A program made the translations under genes and the position numbers. Under the pieces are notes generated by a model. That model searched no databases. It worked only from the letters and a program-made list of their open reading frames with translations, and was not told where the DNA came from. From NCBI GenBank assembly GCA_965206845.1, contig OZ242221.1, positions 1,088,001 to 1,152,000 of the forward strand: a stretch of DNA of 64,000 nt, in the 5' to 3' direction. Within the stretch, counting starts at the first letter, position 1, and each line of letters begins with the position of its first letter. This stretch comes from Cenarchaeum sp. (GTDB lineage: Archaea; Thermoproteota; Nitrososphaeria; Nitrososphaerales; Nitrosopumilaceae). Below, one piece after another: positions 20,136 to 29,797 of the stretch.

Positions 20136-20786
20136 TTGACCAACTTCCAGAACAAATGGTCCAAGCCAGCGAGCCCAAGCATCGGAGACAAGATTGTAGA
20201 CACCTTCAGGCCTAGATCGCCCCTCAAGCCCAAGGTTCAGATGGCCATCGCAAGGCTGCAAAACCAGATTGCCAAGCTTGACGGAATGATACTCAAGCTG
20301 AATGAGCGTGACACTAAAATTTTCAAGCGGGTCGTGGATGCGACCCAGATTCACGACGCCGGATCGGCAAGGGTGTTCTCAAACGAGCTGGCGGAGATCC
20401 GCAAGGTCACCAAGGTGCTGGGAAACGCCAGGATGGCGCTGGAACAGATCGAGCTTCGGCTTACGACCGCAAACGACATAGGCGATACGGTAACCACCAT
20501 AGTGCCCACAATCGGCCTCATGAAGAACCTCAAGACCCAGCTGGGAGCGTTCATGCCCAGTGCGGATCAGGAGATCACGAACATGGCAGACATGCTGGGC
20601 GGCATAATGCAGGACACGTTCAGCGGTGACACGTCGTTTGGAATGGATGCCGTGGTGAGCGAGGAGTCCGAGGGCATCCTGAGGGAGGCGGCCGCCGTTG
20701 CAGAGACCTCGGCGGACAGCAAGTTTCCCAACACGCCTGCAGATACCGGCAAGGTCGCAAACCCCAACGACTCCAGATATATCTAG
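20136..20786 (+). CDS. CdvB/Snf7 (ESCRT-III-like) protein
   Basis: Helical coiled coil, NELAEIRK, LEQIELRLTT..DIGD, ILREAAAVAE. Confidence 0.85.
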   Translation: MTNFQNKWSKPASPSIGDKIVDTFRPRSPLKPKVQMAIARLQNQIAKLDGMILKLNERDTKIFKRVVDATQIHDAGSARVFSNELAEIRKVTKVLGNARMALEQIELRLTTANDIGDTVTTIVPTIGLMKNLKTQLGAFMPSADQEITNMADMLGGIMQDTFSGDTSFGMDAVVSEESEGILREAAAVAETSADSKFPNTPADTGKVANPNDSRYI

Positions 20787-20856
20787 CGGCGATACCTGCG
20801 CCCGGCCACGCTGCACGAACTCAGACATATAAAACTGGTTTTAGTCCAAACCTCAG

Positions 20857-20930
20857 GCGGAGTTAGTCTAGCCCGGTATGACGTCAGCTTCCCAAGCTGA
20901 AGGCCGCGGGTTCAAGTCCCGCACTCCGCA
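20857..20930 (+). tRNA. tRNA-Gly(CCC)
   Basis: GCGGAGT/ACTCCGC acceptor, TCAGC-TTCCCAA-GCTGA, GTTCAAGTC; TATAAAA upstream. Confidence 0.95.
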
Positions 20931-20931
20931 C

Positions 20932-21891
20932 CTACATCTCCCTTAGGGCCGCCCTGATCGAGGCAGCGTCTGGCGCCCCCGGCGTCTGCTTGAGGTACGC
21001 CTCCAGGTCCTTCCGTGCACCGTCGGCATCTCCCTGCTCTAGGCGCACGATTCCGCGGTTCTTGTACGTCGGGCCGTACCGCGTCGCATTGATCGAGATC
21101 GCCTTGGTGTAGCACTCCTCTGCCTTTGCGTGCTGTTTGGTCTTCAGGTAGTAGTTTCCCAGTCCGCGGTACGCCAGATACGACCTCCCGTTCAGGCTGA
21201 TGCTCCTTTTGTAGTGTCCGACGCATTCCTGGGAGTTCTGCCCGTTGAGAATCCCTGCCAGAAGCGCATGCGCAGTGGAGTTTGAGCCGTCCAGCTCAAT
21301 GGCCTCCCTGAGGGATCCGACGGCGTCTTCTGGGCGCCTCAGCAGGTTCTGCCTCTCTGACTCAAAGCAGAGCCTGTTTGATCGCAAAAGCTCCTCGTCT
21401 GGCAGAGCCAGATCGGTAATCGTCTGAGGCGGCGCAACCAGGATCGCCAGCCTGCCGTCCTCTGACCACATCTCATCAAACCTCTTCTCCGGAATCACAC
21501 CCACTTGGTACTCGCCCTTGCTGTCTGCTTGGGGTATGTAGTGCATGACTGTGCCGTCCTCGTTGTTGTACCCCGATATGACCGATGCGTGCTGAATGGT
21601 GTTGTGGACTCCCGGCAGTATCACAACAGGTGGAATTCCGCAGTCTATGACCCGCTTCAGCTCGGCCAGGGACGAGTGCAGGATCGGGCACGCCAGTCCG
21701 TGCCTCTCTGCCAGCTCCACCCCCTCGATCAGTATGCTGCCGTCCACTGCGGGGTACCTTCGGGCGATCTCCGCTGCCTCTGCCATCGGAAGATCCACAT
21801 CCCAGTATCTCGATACGGCGTTGATCGCTAGGGGGAGGCAGACGTTCTCTTCGGACACCAGGGGCAGCAACAGGTCGTGATCCGATTCCAT
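20932..21891 (-). CDS. Peptidase C39-like domain plus TPR protein
   Basis: VCLPLA (Cys), QHASVISGY (His), C-terminal TPR helices. Confidence 0.75.
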   Translation of the reverse strand: MESDHDLLLPLVSEENVCLPLAINAVSRYWDVDLPMAEAAEIARRYPAVDGSILIEGVELAERHGLACPILHSSLAELKRVIDCGIPPVVILPGVHNTIQHASVISGYNNEDGTVMHYIPQADSKGEYQVGVIPEKRFDEMWSEDGRLAILVAPPQTITDLALPDEELLRSNRLCFESERQNLLRRPEDAVGSLREAIELDGSNSTAHALLAGILNGQNSQECVGHYKRSISLNGRSYLAYRGLGNYYLKTKQHAKAEECYTKAISINATRYGPTYKNRGIVRLEQGDADGARKDLEAYLKQTPGAPDAASIRAALREM

Positions 21892-22301
21892 GCATGGGAT
21901 GCCCTGCAGAGTTGTTAAAAACGTTCAGGGTGCCGCTCCCCAAAACTCGGACACATGCCAGCAGCTGGCCGCCATGCGGCAGGCCATATGTTGCCGGATG
22001 ACGCACGACGGCCTTTGACGTATGGGGCCATGGCAATCTGATCATCCGGAGCTCGTAATCCGGCCAGCCGTCGAATCCCACGAGGTTTGGGATGCTGTCT
22101 TACCGATGCACTCAGATCCCGGGACCGCCCCTGGCGCCTTCATGGCGCCTGTCGCCGAGAAAATGCACAGCATGATCAGACACGACGGCTCCGCAAGTAC
22201 CGGCAGGCCAAATCCGGAGATGGGCGCAGGATGCTCGGATCCGGACACAGGTTCGTGCCCAATGCAAGCACGAGGTTGATGCGCGTAGTGCGGATTAACG
22301 G

Positions 22302-22622
22302 TTATTTCGGTTTAGCGAGTTGCTCTGCATGGTCATAGCCCTTTGTAATCCATCTCATGGCGGTGCCGATTGTTGTCTGTTTGGAGTCTAGTTCAATCCA
22401 TCCCATTTTGGCTCCATGGGAAAAGGGTCCGATTGCCTTGTTTTTTATTGCAAGTTCCTGTTGATCCTTGGGGAGTCGTATTATGACCTGAAAATTGTTC
22501 TTGTTGCTAAACCCCACAAAAAATTTCCTGGAGATTGAAAAACACTGATAGCCAAACATGGGTCTGGTTGTCACGTTTTCCATGTCTTCAACCTTGGCTT
22601 TGATTGGATCATAACTGTTCAA
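22302..22622 (-). CDS. TfoX-N-like small protein, AT-rich
   Basis: RPMFGYQCF..FFVG, KMGWIEL, WITKGY; composition differs from the flanks. Confidence 0.6.
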   Translation of the reverse strand: MNSYDPIKAKVEDMENVTTRPMFGYQCFSISRKFFVGFSNKNNFQVIIRLPKDQQELAIKNKAIGPFSHGAKMGWIELDSKQTTIGTAMRWITKGYDHAEQLAKPK

Positions 22623-22964
22623 TGGCGCTCACTTTGGATCAGAGCTTGCGTTCGAGACCTGCATGTAGGGAGCACGACGGTTTCTCTCAACTTGCATCTG
22701 CAGCAACATTATGCAAGCGTTGTGCCAGTAAATAATGCTTCTGACGGGCGAGGTTCTCTCCGAAACTCGGGCGCAGACCTACGCCGACTGCCTACACGCT
22801 GTTCAAGTACTTCCCGACAGCGCGCGAACAGCCTCTGACGCACGCCGGTACATACGCGGCCGTAATCTTTCACAGACGCGATTGTGGCAGCACCCGGGAC
22901 AGGTGGGCTTTCGGACATTATGCTGCCCGCCTGTTGTGAACCGGCCAGTTGCGGCGCCCGCAGT

Positions 22965-24354
22965 CTATGCGCAAAATGCCGCCGCGTGCCGTATCAGTGC
23001 GAACCACTTGTTACACCCGTCTATTGTGGCGCCAGCTGCCTCCGCAGGCGTTCTGCCGCCGAGGCCGCTGTGGGGGCGCACGAAGCTGTGATACACGATC
23101 AGCAGACGGAAGAGGGCCGGATCTTTTGAGCTGAAGCCGCGTATGCGCGCTATGCGATCCTTGATCTCTCCGTTGAAGCGCTCGTACGGGTTGCTTGTGG
23201 CGTGCCTGTAGTGTATGCCCACGTCGGAGATGTGGTAAGGCGGGGTGTTGTGTTCGTATACATCACATCAGTAATCCCAGATGTGCCAGATCTAGCACCT
23301 GTGAGAGTTTAGATCACCTCCACCATGCCCATGAAGAGTTCAATTTGGCATGGGTCAAACCCTCGTATTCTGTCGTATGCGTCGTCATTTGTGTCTAAAC
23401 CTACATGAAATGGCCAAAAATATCTGAGTGGGACCAGCCCCTCACTCAGTCAAATGGTGGCGACTTAACCTCTTACTGGCACATCTGGGATTACTGCACA
23501 TGCCTGTACCCCTTCTCAAATCCCGCAAGGCCGTCGCTTATGGGGACGTCTGGGCGCCCTCCCGCGGTGGCTACCGCGTCCCTGAACAGGCCAGTGGCAT
23601 CGTAGCCGAACTTGATCCTTGAGAAGTCATACGCGACTATCTGTCTTGTCTCTGCGTCCATTACCCCGAACATCCACATTGACTCTCCCTGCGATTTGAA
23701 GTGGATCCCGTCCACATGCCATGTATGCCACACCGGTATCCCCGCCTTCTTGTGGAACCTTTCGATGATCCGGCCGTAATCACTGATCCATTGATGCACG
23801 GTGGATTTGCTGATCTTGATCCCATTCTTCGCCATTCCTTCTACGATCTTGGCCGGGGAGATGCCTGCGGCGCAATCCTGAAGCGCATCCGTGATTACGT
23901 GTGGCGGAAAGTGTTTGCCCACAAAGCCGGGGTTGTGCGTGAACCGTCTTTTGCAGTTCCTACACCGGTACCGGCTTACCTTCCAGCCCTGGTTCCTGCG
24001 CACCTCGCACTCGTAGCAGTCCTTGCTACGGCAGAACCTGCACGCCACGTCGGGCTCCCTGATCAGCATCTCCTCGAGCCCGTCGTCTGCGAGTCTTCGC
24101 TCCCTCATGACCATCCCGGCTACGGCTCTGATGTGTTTGCATCTCCTGTCGCCATGAATGTGGTATGGGCAGGAGCACTGCTAACCCCTCTCCCCGAACG
24201 TCACGTCGTAGTATGTATGGATGACTGACTGGGACGACACGCGGTACCGCATGGAGCCGATATCTAGGATCACGCCGTTCTGGATGGTCTCCTCGGCATG
24301 CGCGTTCAACAGCGATACGGCAGATCCGCTTCCGCGTCCCTTCTTCCTTGCTAT
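22965..24354 (-). pseudogene. Inactivated IS6-family DDE transposase
   Basis: SWIM CSC..CKH, CRFC/CRNC ribbon, WHVDG, ISDG, NPYERFNGEIKDR; lesions are ATA in place of a start, TAG at 24181-83, a MITE insertion and a 1-nt frameshift near 23240. Confidence 0.85.
23269..23496. mobile_element. 228-bp MITE (family B, ISH3-like ends), copy 1
   Basis: 21-bp TIR CAGTAATCCCAGATGTGCCAG; 5-bp TSD CACAT (23264-68 / 23497-501). Confidence 0.93.
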
Positions 24355-24434
24355 GGCAGGCCTGCCGGTTGGCCATATTTTGATCTTTCCAATTGGTTAA
24401 ATCTATAAATCGGTGAAAGACAGACCAACGCCAG

Positions 24435-24611
24435 ATGACCACCTGGCAGAAGGATGCGAAAGAGTTTACCGTATCCGTAATCCAAAACCGGAAGAGACGT
24501 ACCAGCTACAGCTACATACCGAAGCCCATACTGCAGATGCTGAACAATCCCGACGCCCTCAAGTTCACCGTGCGCGATGGCTATATCGAGGTGGGGCGAT
24601 CCAACGAATGA
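24435..24611 (+). CDS. 58-aa AbrB/MazE-like passenger protein inside the IS6, not in the ORF track
   Basis: MTTWQKDAKEFTVSV...SYIPKPILQMLNNPDALKFTVRDGYIEV; homologous 3' half at 29603-29708. Confidence 0.7.
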   Translation: MTTWQKDAKEFTVSVIQNRKRRTSYSYIPKPILQMLNNPDALKFTVRDGYIEVGRSNE

Positions 24612-24719
24612 CTTGGTGGGTTGCGCCCGAGTTTCGGAGAGAACCGAGGCGCCGTTAACTTTACAGTCCCCGGGCGCCGAAAAGGTTAGGTGTAAGAACG
24701 CGTCACCACAGTCCGTGAG

Positions 24720-26117
24720 GTGCCAGCGCGGGACGGCCCGTGGCGATGCAGGATGAGGAGCGCCGGCCGGGCGCCGTCCCGCGCTGCTCCCGGCGGGAGG
24801 AGCCCGGGGAAGGTGGCCGAGCACTACCGGAGAGGGATGGACCTGTACGAGCGGGGCAGGTACGCTGAGGCGCAGAAGCGCTTCAGAGACTCGCTCAGGG
24901 CGGATCCCAAGTACGTCGACGCCCACTGGGGCATGGGGCTGGCGCTGCTGCGCCTAGGCGAGGCCAGCAAGGCGGCCGGTCACTTGGATCGGGCCGCGGA
25001 GCTGGGCCCGGCCGACGACCCGCAATGGTACCTGGGCAAGGGTGCCGAGATGATTGGCGTCGGCGATGCCGGCAGGGCGCTGGAGATGGTCGAGCGTGCA
25101 ATCAGACTGGATCCATCCAACCCCCTCGCGTACTGCTGCAAGGGGGCGGCGCTATCCTACCTGGACGCAGGCGACGACACGGTGTTGTCCCACTACGACA
25201 AGGCGGTACGGATGGATCCCGGCGACGCCACCCTGCACGTATACAAGGCGGACGCCCTGAGCGCCCTTGGCCGGGTCGAAGAGGCGCTGGTCTGCTTCGA
25301 CGAGGCGATACGGCTGGATTCAGGCTACCACGACGCGTCCTACGCCAAGGGCGCCCTGTTGGCGGCCGAGGGCAGGGTCGCCGAGGCGCTCGACACGCTC
25401 AGGAGGACGATCAGCCTGGATCCGGCCGGCGCCGCGGCGCACTGCCGCGCCGGGCAGCTGCTGACCAGCGCTGGATACCCTTCCCTAGCCATGGAGTTCA
25501 TAGACGAGGCCATCAGGCTGGATCGGAACGGCTACGAGGCGCACCGCACCAAGTCCTCGACGCTGCTCGAACTGGGCATGTTCGATGATGCCATAGAATG
25601 CGCCGACAGTGCGATAAGGCTGAACCCCGGCGACCCCTATGGCTACTACAACAAGGGGACGTCGCTGATGTTCCTGGGGAGGTACGATGAGGCGGTAAGG
25701 TATCTGGACATGTCGCTGGAGCGCGACCCCCAATATCCCAGCTCGCACCACAACAGGGGCGTATCGCTGATGTTCCTAGGGGACGCCTCGGGGGCGATCG
25801 CGTGCTTCGAGAGGACCGTCGAGCTGAACCCCGAGCACGTCAACGCGCACGCCAACATGGGGCTGCTGCTGCGCGATCTCGGGAAGCTCGACGCGGCCGT
25901 CGAGTGCTTGGACAGGACAACGGAGCTGGATCCGGACAACCCGTCCATTCAGTACGACCTGGCGCTGATTCTGGTGGACTTGGGCGAGTACAGCCGGGCG
26001 GCCGCCTGTCTCAGGAAGGCCACGGAGCTAGATCCTGGCTTTGAGGCGGCCGGGCGGCTTCTGGATAGAATTGGGCGGAACGGCGCCCGGGCGCGCCGCC
26101 ATCCCCGTGGCCGGTAG
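24720..26117 (+). CDS. Multi-TPR repeat protein (about 11 repeats; start may be 24753)
   Basis: Recurring 34-aa units ending AIRLDP / AVELNP-like. Confidence 0.88.
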   Translation: MPARDGPWRCRMRSAGRAPSRAAPGGRSPGKVAEHYRRGMDLYERGRYAEAQKRFRDSLRADPKYVDAHWGMGLALLRLGEASKAAGHLDRAAELGPADDPQWYLGKGAEMIGVGDAGRALEMVERAIRLDPSNPLAYCCKGAALSYLDAGDDTVLSHYDKAVRMDPGDATLHVYKADALSALGRVEEALVCFDEAIRLDSGYHDASYAKGALLAAEGRVAEALDTLRRTISLDPAGAAAHCRAGQLLTSAGYPSLAMEFIDEAIRLDRNGYEAHRTKSSTLLELGMFDDAIECADSAIRLNPGDPYGYYNKGTSLMFLGRYDEAVRYLDMSLERDPQYPSSHHNRGVSLMFLGDASGAIACFERTVELNPEHVNAHANMGLLLRDLGKLDAAVECLDRTTELDPDNPSIQYDLALILVDLGEYSRAAACLRKATELDPGFEAAGRLLDRIGRNGARARRHPRGR

Positions 26118-26170
26118 CCGCCCCCACGTCCCGCCCGCCGTCCACCTCGGAACCTACATGCCCCAAGGGC

Positions 26171-26235
26171 GCCCCGGAAGATCGATACATTGCGTTTGCC
26201 ACCAATGCCCCGTGGATGGATGTAGAGGAATATTC
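26171..26235 (+). pseudogene. Short remnant of an ISH3/IS4-type transposase
   Basis: Translates APEDRYIAFATNAPWMDVEEY, resembling the FATN...Y..RW.IE segment; cut off by the IS66 end. Confidence 0.45.
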
Positions 26236-26360
26236 GTAACTGTTTTGGATTTTGAAGCGATATTGGCAGGCGGCCGCATGCGCATGGAAGGGCCACAAGT
26301 CGTGCGCAGCCTCCCCCGGCCTTGCGGCTTTTCCGATTTCCATCCGGCTGCAGCGCCCGT

Positions 26361-27797
26361 CTACCCGTCGCCGGAGGCCGCCAGCACCATGTGGTCAAAA
26401 AAGCTCCTGCCCGCAAGCCAGTCCGTGACCATGTTCGTGAACAGGATCGAGTTTGCCTCCATCCCCTTCCCGGACCGGTTTCCCCCGCCGTCGCTCCGGG
26501 CCGCCACCACCTTCCTGTTTGACCTCTCGACCGGGTTATTGTCGGGCGGGACGCCCGGCACCCGCAGGCAGACGGTCAGGAACCTCGACTCCCTCCTGTA
26601 CCGCTTCCTGTACCTTTCGATGTTGCCGTCCTTGTCCTCCTACCGGCGCCCCATCAGGGCCGCAAGCTCCGCGTCCAGGCGGTCGGCCTCGGCGAGCCGG
26701 ATGCCCTCGTCCCCGTCCCTGCTCGCCTCGTAGATCCCCTTGTGTATGGAGAGCAGCTCCTTGAGGAACGCGGCGGTCTCCCCGTCGAGTCTCCTGTACT
26801 TGAGATCCCACTTTATTAGGCGCATCTGGTGGTATATGCACATCTGGTGGTTCACTCCTATGTGCAGCCAGCCCGTGTACGAGTCCTGCACCGTGATCCC
26901 TTGGAAATCCCCAACGATTCCCTTGAGCGTCTTGCTCGAGCGCGACGTCTCGACCGACATCAGGCAGCCCGTCCTGCCCTGCACGGTTACCACGACCCCC
27001 TTCTTTTCCCCCAGGGGCCACCACAGCTCGTCGCAGTGGAGGACCTCCTCCTTCACGAGCCTCTCCCGGACGGCTTCGTAGTCGGGGCGGAGCGCCGTTG
27101 CCGTGCGCACCTTCCTGCGATGCGAGCCGGAGCGCGAGACGGGAGCCTTCAGAAAGTCCGCGCTCAGCTCGGCGATCCTCCCATGTGAGAGGCCCTTGAC
27201 GTTGAGCCAGGCTAGGAGTACCGAGTGATTTGCCGAGACGCGCGCGTTGGGGGCTACCCCCTTCGGCCTGGCCGTGTACTGCTTTTTGCACTTGCGGCAG
27301 TACCTCCGCCTGACCGTGCACAGCACCTTCTCCGTGACGACGGTCACGCGCTCGTAGCGCCGCGTGTATTCGCCTGTTACGCCGGACAGCTCCCCGCCGC
27401 AGCCGGAGCAGGCGCCAAGGTCGGCCGTCTCCCTCGCGTCGGCCTCCGACTCCTCAAACTGCCTGCTTACCGTGGCCCCCTTCCCCGGGGGCCTGCCCCT
27501 CCTTCCGGACGACTCTTTCTTCTCGCAGGCGGTAACCGCCCGTATGCCGTTTGCGCGCATGTTGAGGCGCCTGTTCAGCTCCGCGTACCTTTGCCTCTCG
27601 GCCTCCAGCCTCGCAACGGTCTCCTCGTGCTCCCGGAGGGCGCGCGCCATCTCGTCCCGCTGCGCAAGGAGCGTCTTGACCATACCAGCCAAAGTATCTG
27701 CAAGATCGAGCGCCCTGACGGCGTATCCCGTCAGCGGCGCGCAATCAGGCCCGTCGCACTGCCGGGTAACGGGTTTGGGCTGCTCGCAGGCGGACAT
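26361..27797 (-). pseudogene. IS66 transposase with one internal TAG (26640-42)
   Basis: Coiled coil, CSGC/CRKC Zn finger, LHCDE, VQDSYTGW, HQMC..H..R, and in-frame PDNNPVERSNR after the stop. Confidence 0.85.
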
Positions 27798-27923
27798 CTC
27801 GATCTATCAGCCCGGGGCGGGGCGATCTATTTCTTCCGACTTGTGGCGGAACGGGGCTTGAGGCGCCGGCATCCGAAAAACCGGCGCAGTTATGTTTATT
27901 TCAGCTGGTCGCGCGATCTATGC

Positions 27924-28178
27924 ATGGCCGGGACAAAACGGAACGCTGCGCGGGACCGGGGCGGGCCGTGCCTCGATCCCAACTGCACATGCTGCGTGCA
28001 GAACATGCAGCTGTACGAGGAGATTGCGCGCGAGGCAGATGCCAGCATTGGACGCATTGCCAGAATCTTTGACGAAATGGGGGCCGATGCTGCCACAATG
28101 GAAAAAGTGCGCCCCATCAGGTCGGCCGCGGATGCTGAGAAAGAAAAGTACAGGAAGATGACGTGGCGCTCGATATAG
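27924..28178 (+). CDS. Hypothetical passenger protein inside the IS66
   Basis: 84 aa, CLDPNCTCC cluster then helical region; TTTATTT about 25 nt upstream; divergent from the transposase. Confidence 0.5.
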   Translation: MAGTKRNAARDRGGPCLDPNCTCCVQNMQLYEEIAREADASIGRIARIFDEMGADAATMEKVRPIRSAADAEKEKYRKMTWRSI

Positions 28179-28224
28179 AAAACGGCGCCGAGACCAACAT
28201 CGCTTCAAAACCCAAAACAGTTAC

Positions 28225-28332
28225 CAAAATAGAGCGATTTTCGGCATAATCGTGCAAAATTTGCTTATTTGGAAACATACCCCTGTAGGAGTTGGACGAA
28301 AAAGACTTGATTTTTAATTGCGGATCATGTCT
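28225..28332. mobile_element. Family A MITE, truncated by the IS66 end
   Basis: Ends in TTAATTGCGGATCATGTCT; interior aligns by eye with the copy at 52577-52714. Confidence 0.7.
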
Positions 28333-28370
28333 CTGATAGTCTCTTATGTGGGCAGATCCTACGTTTAGGA

Positions 28371-29096
28371 TTGGGCGAGATCAAGGTTTTGGAGGCGACG
28401 GGCCGGGGGACGTGCAGCCTGTGTGGCAGCAGCTGCCCGCACGGTGAAATGTCCGGGCACATTCGGAGGCATTTGGGCGGTGGCGGATCGGAGCCGTCCC
28501 GGACCGCGGAAGGCCGCTTCGTCATCAAGGTCGCCGGCGAAGACGACGGCCTGTTCTGGATGTATCTGGAGATTGCCGGGAATCGAAAACTCTCCGATCT
28601 GGACGAGTTTCTGAGGAAGGAGTGGCTGGAGTGCTGTGGGCACGAGAGCTCGTTTTACATAGGCGAGGCCGAGTACTGCTCGAACAGATATGCCGGGGGC
28701 GCCTTATCCATGGGCCGCAGGCTGGACAAGGTCCTCTGCGAGAAGGCAGAGTTTCGGTACGAGTACGACTTTGGAAGCACCACCGCCCTGCGCCTGACCA
28801 TCGTTGCGGCGGGGGCGCCCGCCCTCTCCGGAAAGCGGAGAAAGGTGGCGGTGCTTGCAAGACACGACGACGTCACGTTCCTCTGCAGCGTGTGCGGTTC
28901 CAAGGCGGTTCATGTCTGCGGCAGCTGCGGCCTTTGGGACGGTGGGGCGCACTGCTACAAATGCGCCCCCAAGCATGATTGCGGCATGGAGTCGATGCTG
29001 GTGGCGGCGCAGTCCCCGCGGGCGGGCGTGTGCGCCTACGCCGGAAAGAAACCCGACGGCAGGACCGGGTACTGGGTGTACACCGGCGGCGACTGA
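28371..29096 (+). CDS. pRiA4b ORF3-like (IS1096 passenger TnpR-like) protein with Zn-binding motifs
   Basis: LSDLDEFLRKEWLECCGHESSF, YEYDFGSTT, SPRAGVCAY, several CxxC. Confidence 0.78.
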   Translation: MGEIKVLEATGRGTCSLCGSSCPHGEMSGHIRRHLGGGGSEPSRTAEGRFVIKVAGEDDGLFWMYLEIAGNRKLSDLDEFLRKEWLECCGHESSFYIGEAEYCSNRYAGGALSMGRRLDKVLCEKAEFRYEYDFGSTTALRLTIVAAGAPALSGKRRKVAVLARHDDVTFLCSVCGSKAVHVCGSCGLWDGGAHCYKCAPKHDCGMESMLVAAQSPRAGVCAYAGKKPDGRTGYWVYTGGD

Positions 29097-29374
29097 CGAC
29101 GGGTCCGGCATTGCCAGCGGGGATCGAACAGACCGCCCGACGGTCCAAGCGGCCGGCCTTCCGGGAGGTGCGTGGGACCCTGAGAGCGGCATGCCACTGG
29201 TGCTGGCCATGATAGAGATGATCCGCAATAGGCAGTCCATGCGTGGTTGATCCCACAAACCGCTCTAATCCGCGCCCGGTTCTAACTGTGGATCTAACAA
29301 TCCGCTCATTTTGTAAAATTATGACAAGAGCATGGCATGTGCTCTGGCAGCCTCTTTCGCTTTCTCGTCAAGTA

Positions 29375-29602
29375 CAGTAATCCCAGATGTGCCAGATCTA
29401 ACACCTGTGAGAGTTTAGGTCACCCCCATCATGCCCATGAAGAGCTCAATTTGGCATGGGTCAAACCCCCGTATTCTGCCGCACGCGTCATCATTTGTGC
29501 CTAAATCTACATGAAATGGCCAAAAATATCTGAGTGGGACCAACCCTCCACTCAGTCAAATGGTGGCGACTTAACCTCTTACTGGCACATCTGGGATTAC
29601 TG
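29375..29602. mobile_element. 228-bp MITE (family B), copy 2
   Basis: Same TIRs and length as 23269-23496, highly similar interior; flanks AAGTA / CAGCT do not match, so no TSD. Confidence 0.92.
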
Positions 29603-29746
29603 CAGCTACAGCTACATACCAAAGCCGATACTACAGGCACTGGGCAGCCCGGACGGCCTCAAGTTTACCATCCGCGACGGATACGTCGAGGTTAGCAGAC
29701 CCGACTAGCCACTCATGCCGCTGGCGCCCGAGTTTGGGAGAGAACC
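29603..29746 (+). mobile_element. Terminal remnant of a second IS6 copy (3' half of the passenger gene plus TIR)
   Basis: SYSYIPKPILQALGSPDGLKFTIRDGYVEV*, then GCGCCCGAGTTTGGGAGAGAACC at 29724-46. Confidence 0.85.
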
Positions 29747-29797
29747 ATCCGCAAAAACCACTTAAATGCTGTAGCACGAAACCCATCCTGACCGCAC

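Larger units (their letters stand above)
22752..24645 (-). mobile_element. IS6-family element with SWIM-domain transposase and a small passenger gene
   Basis: Perfect 24-bp TIRs GGTTCTCTCCGAAACTCGGGCGCA at 22752-22775 and 24622-24645. Confidence 0.9.
26236..28224 (-). mobile_element. IS66-family element (single transposase, no tnpA/tnpB seen)
   Basis: TIR GTAACTGTTTTGG(A/G)TTTTGAAGCGAT, 25/26 match, at 26236-61 and 28199-224; no TSD. Confidence 0.88.

Noticed and set aside
24181-26642. In-frame TAG codons in both transposases, suggesting amber recoding
   Set aside because: Many intact housekeeping genes here end in TAG, no pyrrolysine machinery is visible, and the IS6 gene has other lesions; ordinary nonsense mutations explain them.
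23405-29708. Duplicated ORF MKWPKISEWDQP... at 23405 and 29511
   Set aside because: It is a chance frame inside the two MITE copies that reads out through the TIR.
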